64,000 nucleotides of DNA from Hemiscyllium ocellatum. Taxonomy: Eukaryota. A program made the position numbers and the translations under genes. Positions 11,891-23,529 of the stretch are shown in pieces; position 1 is the stretch's first letter; each line of letters begins with the position of its first letter. The notes below the pieces were generated by a model. The model did not search any database and was not told where the DNA came from. It saw only the letters and a list, made by a program, of their open reading frames with translations. The stretch is from assembly GCF_020745735.1 (NCBI RefSeq), contig NC_083424.1, positions 12,324,999-12,388,998 of the forward strand, given 5' to 3'.

Positions 11891-13052
11891 TGATAGGAGT
11901 TGAAAACCTTTTTCCCACTTTCTTCCCGTCACCTTTGATCCCCTTGACAGTCAAGGACTTATTGATCTGTGTTTTAAAATATATTTGATGACCTGGCCTC
12001 CACAGCCTTCTGTGGCAGTGAATTCCACAGATTCACCACACTTTGGCTAAAGAAGTTTCTCTTTATCTCCATTCTAAAGGGTTTTCCCTTTATTCCAAAA
12101 CTATGCCCTCAGGTTCTGGTCTCTTTTGCCACTTGAAACATCTTCCCAATGTCCATTCTGTCCAGGCTGTTGTTCTAAACTCCTCAGAGTATATGCCCAG
12201 AGTCCTCAAACGTTCCTCATATGTTAGGTCTTTCATTCCTGCAGTCATTCTCCTGAACCTCCTCTGGACCCGCTCCGGGGCTAGTACCTGGTTCCTGAGG
12301 TATGGGGCCCAAAATTGCTCAATACTGGAAATGTGGTCTGACCAGACTTTTATAAAGTCTCAGAAGCGTGTCCCTACTTTTATATTCTAGTCCCCTTGAG
12401 ATGAATGACGATATTGTATTTACCTTCCTAACTACCGACTCAACATACTAGTTTACCTTAGGAGAAAACTAGACTAGGACTCCCAAGTCCCTTTGCACTT
12501 CAGATTTCTGAAGGTATGGACTAAAAAATTGTTTCTAATCAACGTATTTTGCTGCCATGATATTTGGCTCCAGCCACATACTGTAGAACAAAGAGCATGA
12601 GTTTTTAGGCTATAGGCGTAAAATGGGAATTTTCTCCCCATTGACTAAACAGTCCATGCCTCTGTTCTTCCTAGCAAAGTGCACGATCTCACACTTGTCC
12701 CATTTGTGTTCCCCTCACTTTTATTTCATTTGCTACTTCATTGCCCACATTCCTAACCTGTCTAAATCTTTCTGAAACCTCCCTACCTGTCCCTCCACCT
12801 ATGTTTGTATAGAACATAACATCACAGCACAGCACAGGCCCTTCAGCCCTGGATGTTGCGCCGACCTATGGGACCTATCGGAAGCCTATTTATCCAACAC
12901 TATTCCATTTTCATCTATGGCGTTTGTCCAATGACCATTTCAATGCTGTTAAAGTTGGCAAGTCTACTATTGTAGTAGGCAGTGCGTTCCACGCCCCTAC
13001 TAATCAGAGTAAAGAAACTACCTCTGACATCTGTCCTATATCTATTACCCCT

Positions 13053-13176
13053 GGGGTAAAAAATGAGGTCTGCAGATGCTGGAGATCACAGCTGAAAACG
13101 TGTTGCTGGTTAAAGCACAGCAGGTTAGGCAGCATCCAAGGCACAGGAAATTCGACGTTTTGGGCATAAGCCCTTC
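13053..13176 (-). mobile_element. PLE-derived mini-insertion ending inside a hammerhead core, 15-bp TSD
   Basis: ATATCTATTACCCCT duplicated at 13038-13052 and 13177-13191; minus strand reads (AT)GAAGGGCTTATGCCCAAAACGTCGAAT. Confidence 0.8.
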
Positions 13177-14379
13177 ATATCTATTACCCCTCAATTTAAA
13201 GTGAAGTCCCCTTGTGCTATCTATTACCATCCAAAGAAAAAGGCTCTGTGTCCACCCTAACTAATCCTGATGTGTCTCAAATAAGTCTGCTCAATTAAGA
13301 CAAGTGTGTGTTTGCTCAGAAACTAACCCTGGGACAGAGGAGAGTGAGCAAGACAGGTACAGCGAGGAAAAAGGAAATTTCAGAGTCCCAGAGGAGAGGC
13401 ATTGAATCAGTTATCGAATAATCAGTTATCCAAACGAACTGCCTGCACATCTCGCTTGGATAATAGAGGTTCCTCTGTATTCGGAAATCTCATCCTTTAC
13501 AACAGACTCAAAAATCTTACCAATGACTGAGGTCAGTCTAATCGGCATAGAATTTATCTTACTCCCTTCTTAAGGGGGGGGGGGGGGGGGGGCCGGGGGG
13601 AAAGAGGGGTAACCTTAGCAATTTTCCAGTCCTCCGAGATTCTCACCGATTCCAGTGATTCCTGAAAGAGCATTACTAAAGCCTCCACTATCTCTTTAGC
13701 TATCTCCTTCAGAACTCTGGAATGTAGCTCATCTGGTCCAGATGATTTATCCACTTTCAGACCTTTAAGTTTTTGTAGCATCTTCTCCTTGTTGATGGCC
13801 ACCATACTTATCTCTGCACCCCTCCCCCCCGCGACTCTCTTGAAATTTTGGGATATTACTAGTGTATGCCACGGTGAAGCCTGACACAAAGTACTTGTTC
13901 AGTTCCTTTGCCATTTGTTTGTTCCCCATTCCTACTTCTCCAGCCTCATTTTCCAGTGGCCCAGTGTCTATTTTGGTCTCTCTTCTGCCCTTTATATATC
14001 TAAAAAAAAAGTCTTTTTTTTAATATTACTGGCTAGTTCACCCTCATATTTAATCTTTTCCCTTCTTATTTCTTTTGTTGTCCTCGATCGGTCTTTGTAG
14101 ATTTCCCAATCCTCTGGCTTACCACTGTCCTTAACCACAATATATGCTTTCTCTTTTGCTTTTATACTGTCCCTGACTTCCCTGGTCAGCCACGGTTGCC
14201 TGATCCTCCCTTTAGAATGCTTCTTTTTTTCCTTGGGATGAATTTTTGCTGTGCCTTCATAGGTAGACTTACTAAAGAGCAGACACAACTTCAGTCATAT
14301 TTATTCCAATGCACTTTTTCCGAATGTCCCACCCTTATCATCATCAAAATAACTTGCACCCAGCTTTCCACCAATCCAG

Positions 14380-14910
14380 TGTTTGAGGCAGGTGTAACAG
14401 TGACCTACGATGATACCCTCAGCCTTATTTTCCTTTCCTGTTCTTTGATGTGTGGCCTCCTTCATTGCCACAACGGAACCTCCCGGTCACCGCACATTTT
14501 AATTTCCTTTCCCGCTCCCTTTCCGATATGACGATCCTTGGCCTCCTCATTTGCCACAACAAACCAAATGTAAATTGAAGGAACACCACCTCATCTTCTG
14601 CCTGGGCATCCTGCAGCTCTGAGGACTCGACATTGAGTTGTCCAATTTCAAATAACTGCCCTTCCCCCAGCTCCCTTCCCAGCACTTCCCCTTCCCTTCC
14701 ACCCTTCCCACATTCATTCCTTCACTGACCAACCAGGTCGGGCCCTCTGTCTTCACCCATGCCCACTTCACTACGCTGCCCCTGCCACTCCCTTTACCTG
14801 CAGCTCCCACCCGCAGTCCTGAAGAAGGGTTACACCTGAAACATCAACTTCTTCACCTCCTGATGTTGCATGGCTTGCTGGGTTCTCCCCAGCCTCATGC
14901 TTGTCTACCG
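14380..14910 (+). mobile_element. Penelope-like element 3' fragment with hammerhead core
   Basis: HFNF...ILGLL...EHHLIFCLG..GLDIELSNFK* (GIY-YIG C-terminal region), then AGTC-CTGAAGA-A-GGGT-TAC-ACCT-GAAAC-ATC-AACT at 14815-14849. Confidence 0.7.
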
Positions 14911-15219
14911 TGTATTATTGTCAACCCATCTTAATGAGTAAGGATCCAGAAGGCAGTAGGGGAGAAATATTCAAATATATTGTATCATTTCAAGGGAAAC
15001 CAGAATACTCTGAAAAGATAGTGGAAGTCAATTCTGTAACTTTAAAAGGAAGTTGGGCAGGTATCAACAAATCAGGAATTTAGTTCCATCACTTCTGATC
15101 ATCCATACCCTAAAATGTGACTGCTCTTTGAAAGAGCCAACATGGGTAATTTGGCTTCTTTTTGTGTTGAAGGCTCAAATTATGTTTAAGCATCACTAAT
15201 TCACAATATGTCCCTGTAG

Positions 15220-15396
15220 GTTTTGATTCCTCGGATGACAGGCCAGCCACTTGATGAGGCAAAGCTGAACAAAGCTCTGGCTGAATTGAATGGAACCTTG
15301 GACATTTTAGAATCGATGTTTCTGAAGGACCAGGCCTTCCTCTGTGGTGATGAGATGACATTAGCTGACCTATTGGCCATCTGTGAACTGATGCAG
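15220..15396 (+). CDS. GSTT paralog B exon 4
   Basis: tgtAG acceptor, CAG|GTGAGG donor, 177 nt; same peptide as 2103-2279. Confidence 0.95.
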
Positions 15397-16217
15397 GTGA
15401 GGTTCAAGAATGTTGTACACACTGTCATCACCTAATTTGGTTGACATTGATAAAACCAGAACAAAATTTGCAAAAGGAGAAATGGATAAAATGGTCCAAA
15501 GATGAAGAGTACATTTCTACCAATCCTTCCATTATTTTGGAATTGAACTTCCACTGCACATCAACTTTCTCTCCTCTTACCATTTTAAGAGACAGACTCC
15601 ATCCATTGTGCCCACAATTTGTCATCAAAAGAAAACTTGAACTACTGTACAGCACATTGATAAATATTCTGGGTACATGTGAAGGAAAAAGGAAATAATT
15701 AGATAAATCCTAGATCTATTCCTCCATTTTTTAAAAATGAATCTGAATTTAGGTCTGACCAGAAGCAGTGTACCTTACAGAAGTGACTGCAGCTGAAAGC
15801 ATTAATTCCATTTTATTTACTCTTTAACTTTACATTAAGCAGAGATCATCCACTCCTGGCTAAGTATAAAATCAAACCTAGGTGCTACAGCTGGCACTTA
15901 GTGGTATGTTAGCAACCATCATGATGCTGCTGCACATTAGCTCTTAGATTTGCTGAATAACTCCACGCTTTGAAAATTAAGGCTCAACTACTGGAAACCA
16001 AGTAAAAGTAATAAAAAAAAAGTCAAACTGATTTAAACAGGATCAGTTCTTTGTAAATATAAACTAAATCAATCTATGATTTACAGCTTTTGCTTCAAGC
16101 CTTTTCTTAGTAATGCAGGTGGGAAAAGAAATCAGGTCTTGCTACTCCTGTACTGAACTGACTGAAAATGTAACACTGATTAATTTACATTTTTGTTTTG
16201 TTTTTATAAATATTCAG

Positions 16218-16358
16218 CCACTTGGAGCAAATCGTGACATATTGAAAGATCGTCCAAAATTGATCGCCTGGCGTAACAGAGTGCAGTCGGCACTGGGGAA
16301 AACATTTGATGATGTGCATTCTTTCCTTTATCAACTGAGAGATAAAGCCAGACTTTAA
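16218..16358 (+). CDS. GSTT paralog B terminal exon 5; joined CDS 681 nt, 226 aa
   Basis: Exons 124+88+151+177+141 nt keep frame; ends RDKARL*. Confidence 0.95.
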   Translation, partial: PLGANRDILKDRPKLIAWRNRVQSALGKTFDDVHSFLYQLRDKARL

Positions 16359-16463
16359 AAGCTAAACCATGTGGAATTTCTGAATGTTAGATTCCTGCAA
16401 ATTAGTCTACTTAATGGGTCTAAAATTAACCTATCAAACCACATGCCTTTAAAGTAATTGATT

Positions 16464-16469
16464 AATAAA
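16464..16469 (+). terminator. Candidate polyadenylation signal of GSTT paralog B
   Basis: AATAAA about 105 nt after the stop; a second AATAAA at 16651. Confidence 0.5.
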
Positions 16470-19400
16470 ACATACTACTTAATAGTTCCAGTAACTTTAA
16501 TAGCCATACAATTAATTAATGAAATTACTTTAGAGTCAAATTAGACCAAGGCTAAACTATACATTCAAAACTACCTTACAAAAGGAATTTAGGAGTGGTG
16601 TTGCAAGCAGTCTTCATTTCTCAGATATAATCACTATAAAACAGTGCCTCAATAAATAAGGTTTCAGTTGTTTAAAATAGAGTTTTATGCAGCTTCTATT
16701 CTAGGCACCAAGCAGAGTAGCAATTTCCACATGGCATCACCAAGTGCATTATGCCACTTCCATAGATTAGAAGTCCCATGATTTTGTCATCTCCACAGGA
16801 CATCGGGAGGGTCCTTGGGATTTAACAAACTCGATCCATGTACTTTAAAAGCACAAAAGAACTGTTAATTTTCCTCTGTCTAGCTGAGGCAAGTGCACAT
16901 GAAGCCTGTGATCCAAGTAGGGAAAATCAGAGTCTAGTGACAATTATTCTTAACTCAGATCCCATCAATGCGCCACTATGCCAGTTGAGCTGCAACAAAC
17001 AGAAAAGCTGCACATATCTGGTATTTGTCTATCATGAAGGCTTGATTTCTCAACATCAAGCCTCAGAAAACGACAACATCAGAATTCCTGCTTCCTTCCA
17101 CTAACACAAATTGACCCCAAGTGGACAACAGACCACTGGGCATTTGGGCTCTGTTCCAAACATCACAGTAAATACCACACTGCAAAGAGGCACACCACAT
17201 GTTAAGCAGTGGCCCAGGACTACATAGTCTGAATTGCTGTCACATAGTTCAGGATAAATGCTGAATATGGCATTCTGAGTAACAACTTTACAGTAGCTTC
17301 TGGTCAAAAGTTGAGAGTTCCTTTGTCCTGTATCATAGACATCTTTCAGTGTTTTGTTAAGACATTAAAGTTGAATATCTTGTAACATGCCAGAGATTTT
17401 GTTGCTACCGTGACTAGGCAGGCTTGTTCTTGAGCAAAAAATTAAGACTGAACCCAACTCCTAGGTGAGACGGACTAGTAGTACCAAATAACAGTGATCT
17501 GAAGTATTCATCTTCTGAAGTATTCTAATCCTGGTCCATCCTTTACAACCTTTAAAACAAACTCTCATTGAATCAATTAGCTGTAGTAATGAAGATTTAA
17601 AATGGTTTATCACATGGCATAATTTGTTTCCTCTGAAATATAATCTGAGCAATGTACTTGCAGGAAACCAGTTTCTCTCAAATAATTTGTAATAAGATGT
17701 ATAATTCTTGTAAATCATTTATTGAATTTTGTACAAAATATTTTGTCAACCTTGATTTATAAAACTAGTTTTCACATCAACCATCTTCCCTAACTATACA
17801 GTGAGTGAACGTCATCCAGAATCACAGATAAAATTAGTTGCTTAGACATTTGAAAGTTCACGGATGCCCAATTATAAATTTTGTCAATATCAAAAACTGC
17901 TCGTTAGCAGAGGTGGCAGGCAATAACGTTAATGAATTACAGAAACAACAGCATGATAATGAATATTTAATTAACCTCTATTCTGAGCTTGTCCACAGAA
18001 TACAATGTAAACCAAAGTCAAAAGGCTGGGAATAGAGAGATGCCCATTCTGACTAATCGTTAGATCCAACAACCATAAATCGAAACAGATTCAATAGGTC
18101 TGTATCCAAATACAAATAGAAATGCCCTGAAGTGTACTCAAACCCTCTTCATTAAAAGACAATCCAAAGTCATGATTGTAAATTTTACCAACCATTCCCC
18201 TGCTTCACTGGATTGAATCCAGCACCATCACCTCTAAATGCTATAATAAATTCAAGTATTCCTGGTGCTGGTCAGAGGTAGTTAGGAGCAGATTTGTAAA
18301 CTTTAACTGCCAAGCTCCTTCATTATCATCTATAAAATGGCCAAAATATTCATCAGGAGGACAATTGTAGCTGCTTCCAGGCTCCTCAGATCAGTAACAG
18401 TTGTAACTGGAAGTCAATAACCAACTATGTATTTTACTTTGGAAAACTGTTTGCAACAATAATTAGGTGTGATGGCCACACACTAGAAGGGGGACTTCTA
18501 CACAAGTAATATCTACGAAGCAGGGGCAAACAGCTCTTGAGAATTTAATTTCCCCAGAGCTTTTTAAACACACTGTTTAATTAAATTCAAGCCTCTACCA
18601 GTTTAGAGAAAACAGACAAACCAGTATACAAAAAAAAAGCACACTTTAGATATCAAACCCAAAAGTAAGGGTTTCCTCAACTAAATCTCTAAATGTTTTA
18701 ATTTCACTTCCTGTTCTTCAGGCCTCTCATTTAAAGTTCAATTTACCAAAATGAAAATACAGCAAAGCAACATTTAACCACCTCCATCTTACAACATAGG
18801 CAAACTATGTTTGAACAGCATGGATATGTTCAGATTTTTGGGACGAAGGCTCAGTTCAAGTACTTAGTGAAAAACAAATTTAAAGGTGCAATGATGCATT
18901 AAATAGTATCTTCGGATATACAAGTTCAAGAAAATAGAAAGGTTGAATTGCTGTTTAGTCTAATTGTAACCTTTTTTTGTTTACTTTCCTTGGTTGAAGC
19001 TAGTCCAGAAGAAAAAAACAGTTATCCCTTGACAAAACTTAGAACAGTCAAACATTATAAGGATGATTATGTTGAGGTGTGGAAGTGCAGTCTGTATAAC
19101 ACAAAACAAAAATCATTGAAAAAAAAACTTATAACCACAGCGGATGGAATCTCAATGCCACAAGATATCTTGGACGGATTCCATGAACATTTGTTTAAAA
19201 AATACAATTTGAGGTGTATAACCCAAGGTTACATTCACATTAGAATTGCACATGCTACAACTAATTATTTCACCAGCTCCTGGTTGCTTGCCACCTTTTC
19301 AATACAGATCGAATCAGCAGCCATCCTCTATTAAATACCATCTAAATATATTAATTAAATCTGAAGCAAAAGGAAGGTTATGTTTGCCAGAATCATACCA

Positions 19401-20918
19401 TTCAACTTGAGGTGGTACACTAAAGGTTTCTGCATTCCGCACTGATGCTTGTATCTACAACAAAAATATAGAACTGATCCACATGAATTAAATTACAGAC
19501 GTGTAAAGTATTCAGAAAGGAACAATGAGAATCCAGGAACACACAGAAATCCAATTGGGCTTACAGAAATTCACAAGGAACGACATAACTACACCTTCAA
19601 AGTCCAACCAAATGAGTACACAACTCATTTAGGTGATGAAAGATAAGAGTTGTAACACAAAGTGCAGTTGTCATCAAGACTAGTTAAAATAGAGTATTAG
19701 GTCATAAAATATTGGAACGGGTGGAAAATCAGTTTGTGCATGTTCCACAACGGAGTAATATTTCACCTTTCAGCAAAATGACATTGAACACCACTAAAGT
19801 TTGTATGATTACTTAAGATGAGGAGCCTCAGCTAAACACAAATCTAGGAATAACCTCCCAACATAATGGAATGAAAAACATGGTTGCAACATGTGAGTAA
19901 TTTTGGCAGCAGAACCAAGATTACACCGATTTACAGCTGGTTTTCCTTTCTATATTACCTGAAATACTCTCAGAATTTTACCTCAGTCAACATTCTCCCA
20001 CTCCATGCACATTCCTGTCTCCTTGAAGACACCACATCATAGAAGTGTATGGTTATGTGTAGCACATCTCTAGCATCTTAGACAAGAGCCACCTTCGACA
20101 TAACTGTGTGCCAGTCTACAATTAAACGAAAGGCTATTTGTCAGCATCATAATTTGGCACAATCCAACAGTCCAACAAAGCTTCACATGAACAGTTTTCT
20201 ATAGTGAACTATCAGATGCAGGAAGCATCTATCCCAGCATGAAATCTGGGAGGCCAGTTGTAGTGATCCTTCTATCTGGCTGGGACCAATTAATTCAGAA
20301 TAAAGTAAGGAATTGAACTTGACATCCTTGTGATCTAGGCAGTGGATACACCAATTAACACACAGAGATACCAACACATACAAATCTACAGAAATTTGAG
20401 GAAGTGCAAGGATAACCTTTCATTTCAATGTAGTATTTGCAGTTCATATGAAAAAGTACACTTAAAATGGCACTTTTGCAGTTTTTGATCCAAATACCAA
20501 AAAATATGTTTGCCAGAATCTTCATTTTCCATATTATAGTTAAAGTGCCATCCATGACAAAAAGCCATCAGAAATGCAACCCCAGGGATCCAGCCCATGG
20601 TGGGTTGACAACATTAGAGTCAAATACAACCATTAACAGCAGCAGTAATTAAAGTGGTCATTTACATTAGGTTTTCCTTCATCTCAATATCCAATTATTT
20701 TCCCCAGCTTTCAATTATTTTGGGAAATTTGTGACATATTACAATATTCAACAGCACTTTTAGACCCCATTTCATTAATATTTTTAAAGATATTAATGTT
20801 AAATCACCAAATTTTACCAGCTGAAATTTATTGTGTAAAGAAACATTAAGCTCTTTAAGCTCCTTGCTAATTATAAATTGTAAATACTCTCATGGATTTT
20901 TTTAAACTGTGCAACACC

Positions 20919-20924
20919 TTTATT
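20919..20924 (-). terminator. Candidate polyadenylation signal of CHEK2
   Basis: AATAAA on the minus strand about 310 nt past the stop; others exist (21042, ~17718), so the true 3' end is uncertain. Confidence 0.4.
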
Positions 20925-21232
20925 GACACAAAAGGTATTGTGGTTTAAAACAAAGCAAATTATCTGTATAATGGGACAACAAATCACTGACTATATACCA
21001 TTATGGTCTCCAGAGAGTATGGGATGAAAACCAGTTAACTTTTTATTCTGAAACAAGATTTCAGGAAAAATTTTAGATGCATTGATAGAATTAATTACAG
21101 TAATAAAAGAAGCAAAGCACAAAAAAACAACTAAAATGGGCCACAGGGGCCTGATGCAAATTAAATGAAGCAGTTTCTTGGAGATCTCCACACACAGCAG
21201 GTAAACGCTATGCTGCATCCACTCAAATTCCC

Positions 21233-21331
21233 CTAATCTTGAGTAACCGGTTTGCTTAGTGAAGAGAGTGTGGGTCGTTTAGTATTCGAAGGATGATCCT
21301 CTTCGTGTGGCCTTTTCCTACCAGTTGATGA
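21233..21331 (-). CDS. CHEK2: CHEK2 last coding exon (14/14)
   Basis: tttacAG acceptor; SSTGRKRPHEEDHPSNTKRPTLSSLSKPVTQD*, with an RKRP NLS as in human PSTSRKRP. Confidence 0.88.
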   Translation of the reverse strand, partial: SSTGRKRPHEEDHPSNTKRPTLSSLSKPVTQD

Positions 21332-23529
21332 CTGTAAAGAAAGAAAAGAAACCCTACCTTTATTAACCAATACCATTTCACTCTTGCTCCTGATCATATC
21401 TTCCCAATTCATTGGTACTAAAGCACTCTGCGATTCCCTGATGTTGGTGAAACTCTATTTTAAGTTAAAGGAGCAAATCAATAAAAAGAACCAAAGGGTT
21501 GGGACATTGAGGAAAATGTTTTTAGCAACCTTAAGCCAACCAAAAAAAACTCAGTTAGTTCATTTACAGACAACACCTAACCTAGTATAGCCACATTCAT
21601 GAATAGCTAGGCATAACAATATGCACCTCAGTTTTTCCCATTTTCCATGCAAGCAATCAACTATTTGCATTCGCATGGACAACCTCAAAATCTGCTAGCT
21701 ACCAAAGCACTGACAAAAAGCACTCGGAAAGATTTCTGACACATGTTTGGATCAATGACATAGGAAAATTTCTAATGCTAGTCTGTTCCTTTAATTTTCA
21801 GGCAGCATGAATTTATGTAGTACTGAGATAAGACATGCTAACAATTTAATAGGTTCTTCATACGACAATACAAAAGGGAAGAAATAGACCGTTTAGCCCT
21901 TTGAATCTGCTCAGTTTTTCAAGATGATCACCACTGAACTGTTTGTGCTTCACATTCCACATTTCCATCTACCCCAGTAACCTTAGATACATGAAACAAA
22001 AAACAGAAATTGTTGGAGAAAATCAGCAGGTGTGGCAGCATCTGTGAAGAGAAAGCAGAGGTAATGTTTCGGGTCCAGTGACCTTTCTACAGACCATTAG
22101 TTATTTGTTCGGGAAGGGGATTAATCCACCTCAGAGGTGAACCAGCCTCCACCACTTTTGGAGGCAGTGTTCCAAACTCTCTCAAGCTTCAGAGAAACAA
22201 TTCTTTTCTCTATCTTAAAATGGCAATCTCCAATTTAATAAGTGTCCTCTGGTTCTGAAGTAACACCCACATCCCTTCTACATCCAACCTGTCAAGACCA
22301 TGCAGAATCTTGAACACCTCACTCAAGTTGCAATCATCATTCTAAAATGCTGTGGCAACAAGCCCAACATGTCCAACCTTTCACAACAGGACAACCCACT
22401 TATTCCAGAAATCAATCTAGTAAACACCCTCTGACCTTCTGTGCACACTAGTTGCCCTTAAGACAGTGGTGGTAAGCTGCCTTCTTGAACGGCTAGAGTC
22501 CATGTGCTGCAAGGCAGACCTATAGGGGAAGGAATTCCATAACACTGACCCAGTGAAACTGCTGTATCCTTACTTTTGTATTCCTCTCATAATAAAAGAT
22601 ACACCAGTGATTAAGTGGTGATTAAGTGCATACTAACTTTACATGACTCATACACTAGAATACCTAAGCTCCTCTGTCTAATGAAAATTCTAATCTTCAG
22701 AAGTTAGACATCACTGTGTTGCTACTCATAAGCTTTAGGAGAATGATATAGGATACATTTAGGTTAGCTGTGAGCTTACTGAAAGAAGGACTCAAGCTCA
22801 GCAAAAGAACCAGAACAGAGTGGAAGGTTTAAAAAACAGATTGGTCATGTCGCTTAGCAGTAAACTTAGCATCAGTGTGACATTCAGCAGTATGCAAAAC
22901 AGAAGGATGGATTTGTTTTAAAAATACCTGTACAATAATCCGGAAGGCACACTTGAAAACAGACTAGATAGTAGCTTGCAAATGATAACTGAATATATGT
23001 ACGAGAAGAAAAAACAAGGAAAGCACAGCAAATTAAATCAATGTTTTTTAAAAACATAATGGATTGAATGGTGTCTTCTCTAACTGTACAATTCTATGAA
23101 CTAGCAACAGAGTAAGGAAAGCAGACAAGTGATGAAAGTTTCAGTATGAAGTGAAAGAGGCAAAGCATTCAAATGGGCAATGGGAAAATTCGAAAGGCAA
23201 GAAGGGTTCTGAAGAGATGCAAATCAAAGATTTAGATCCACAGCAGCTGCCAAAACATATACCATAAATTTAAACCAACAATTTATGCCATAAAAGCACA
23301 GCAGAGATTAGAGAGAATCCCATAATTTAGGTATGTTACATCATGTGGAGTCCATCAACACTTAAGTGTACTTTAATATTACAATAAAACATCATAATAT
23401 CTAACAAAACCAACTGTTAGCTCACAGCTGCAAAGCTTCACAGGACCTTGGGGAACATCGACAAATTCAACAGATATCCTACTTCCAGAGTAGATGTCCA
23501 TCTGCAAGGTCTTGTCTCCTCCATTTCTC

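Larger units (their letters stand above)
11635..14260 (-). mobile_element. Cluster of nested CR1 LINE fragments with PLE mini-elements and a MITE end inserted
   Basis: Minus-strand CR1 peptides (LKVDKSSGPDELHSRVLKE..EDWKIAKVTPL; QPWLTREVRDSIKAKEKAY); insertions at 11712-11890, 12512-12619 and 13053-13176; MITE right end at ~13400-13478. Confidence 0.7.

Noticed and set aside
18948-19334. 128-aa ORF with a signal-peptide-like start
   Set aside because: Non-ATG start, no recognisable motifs or splice context, AT-rich intergenic/UTR sequence.
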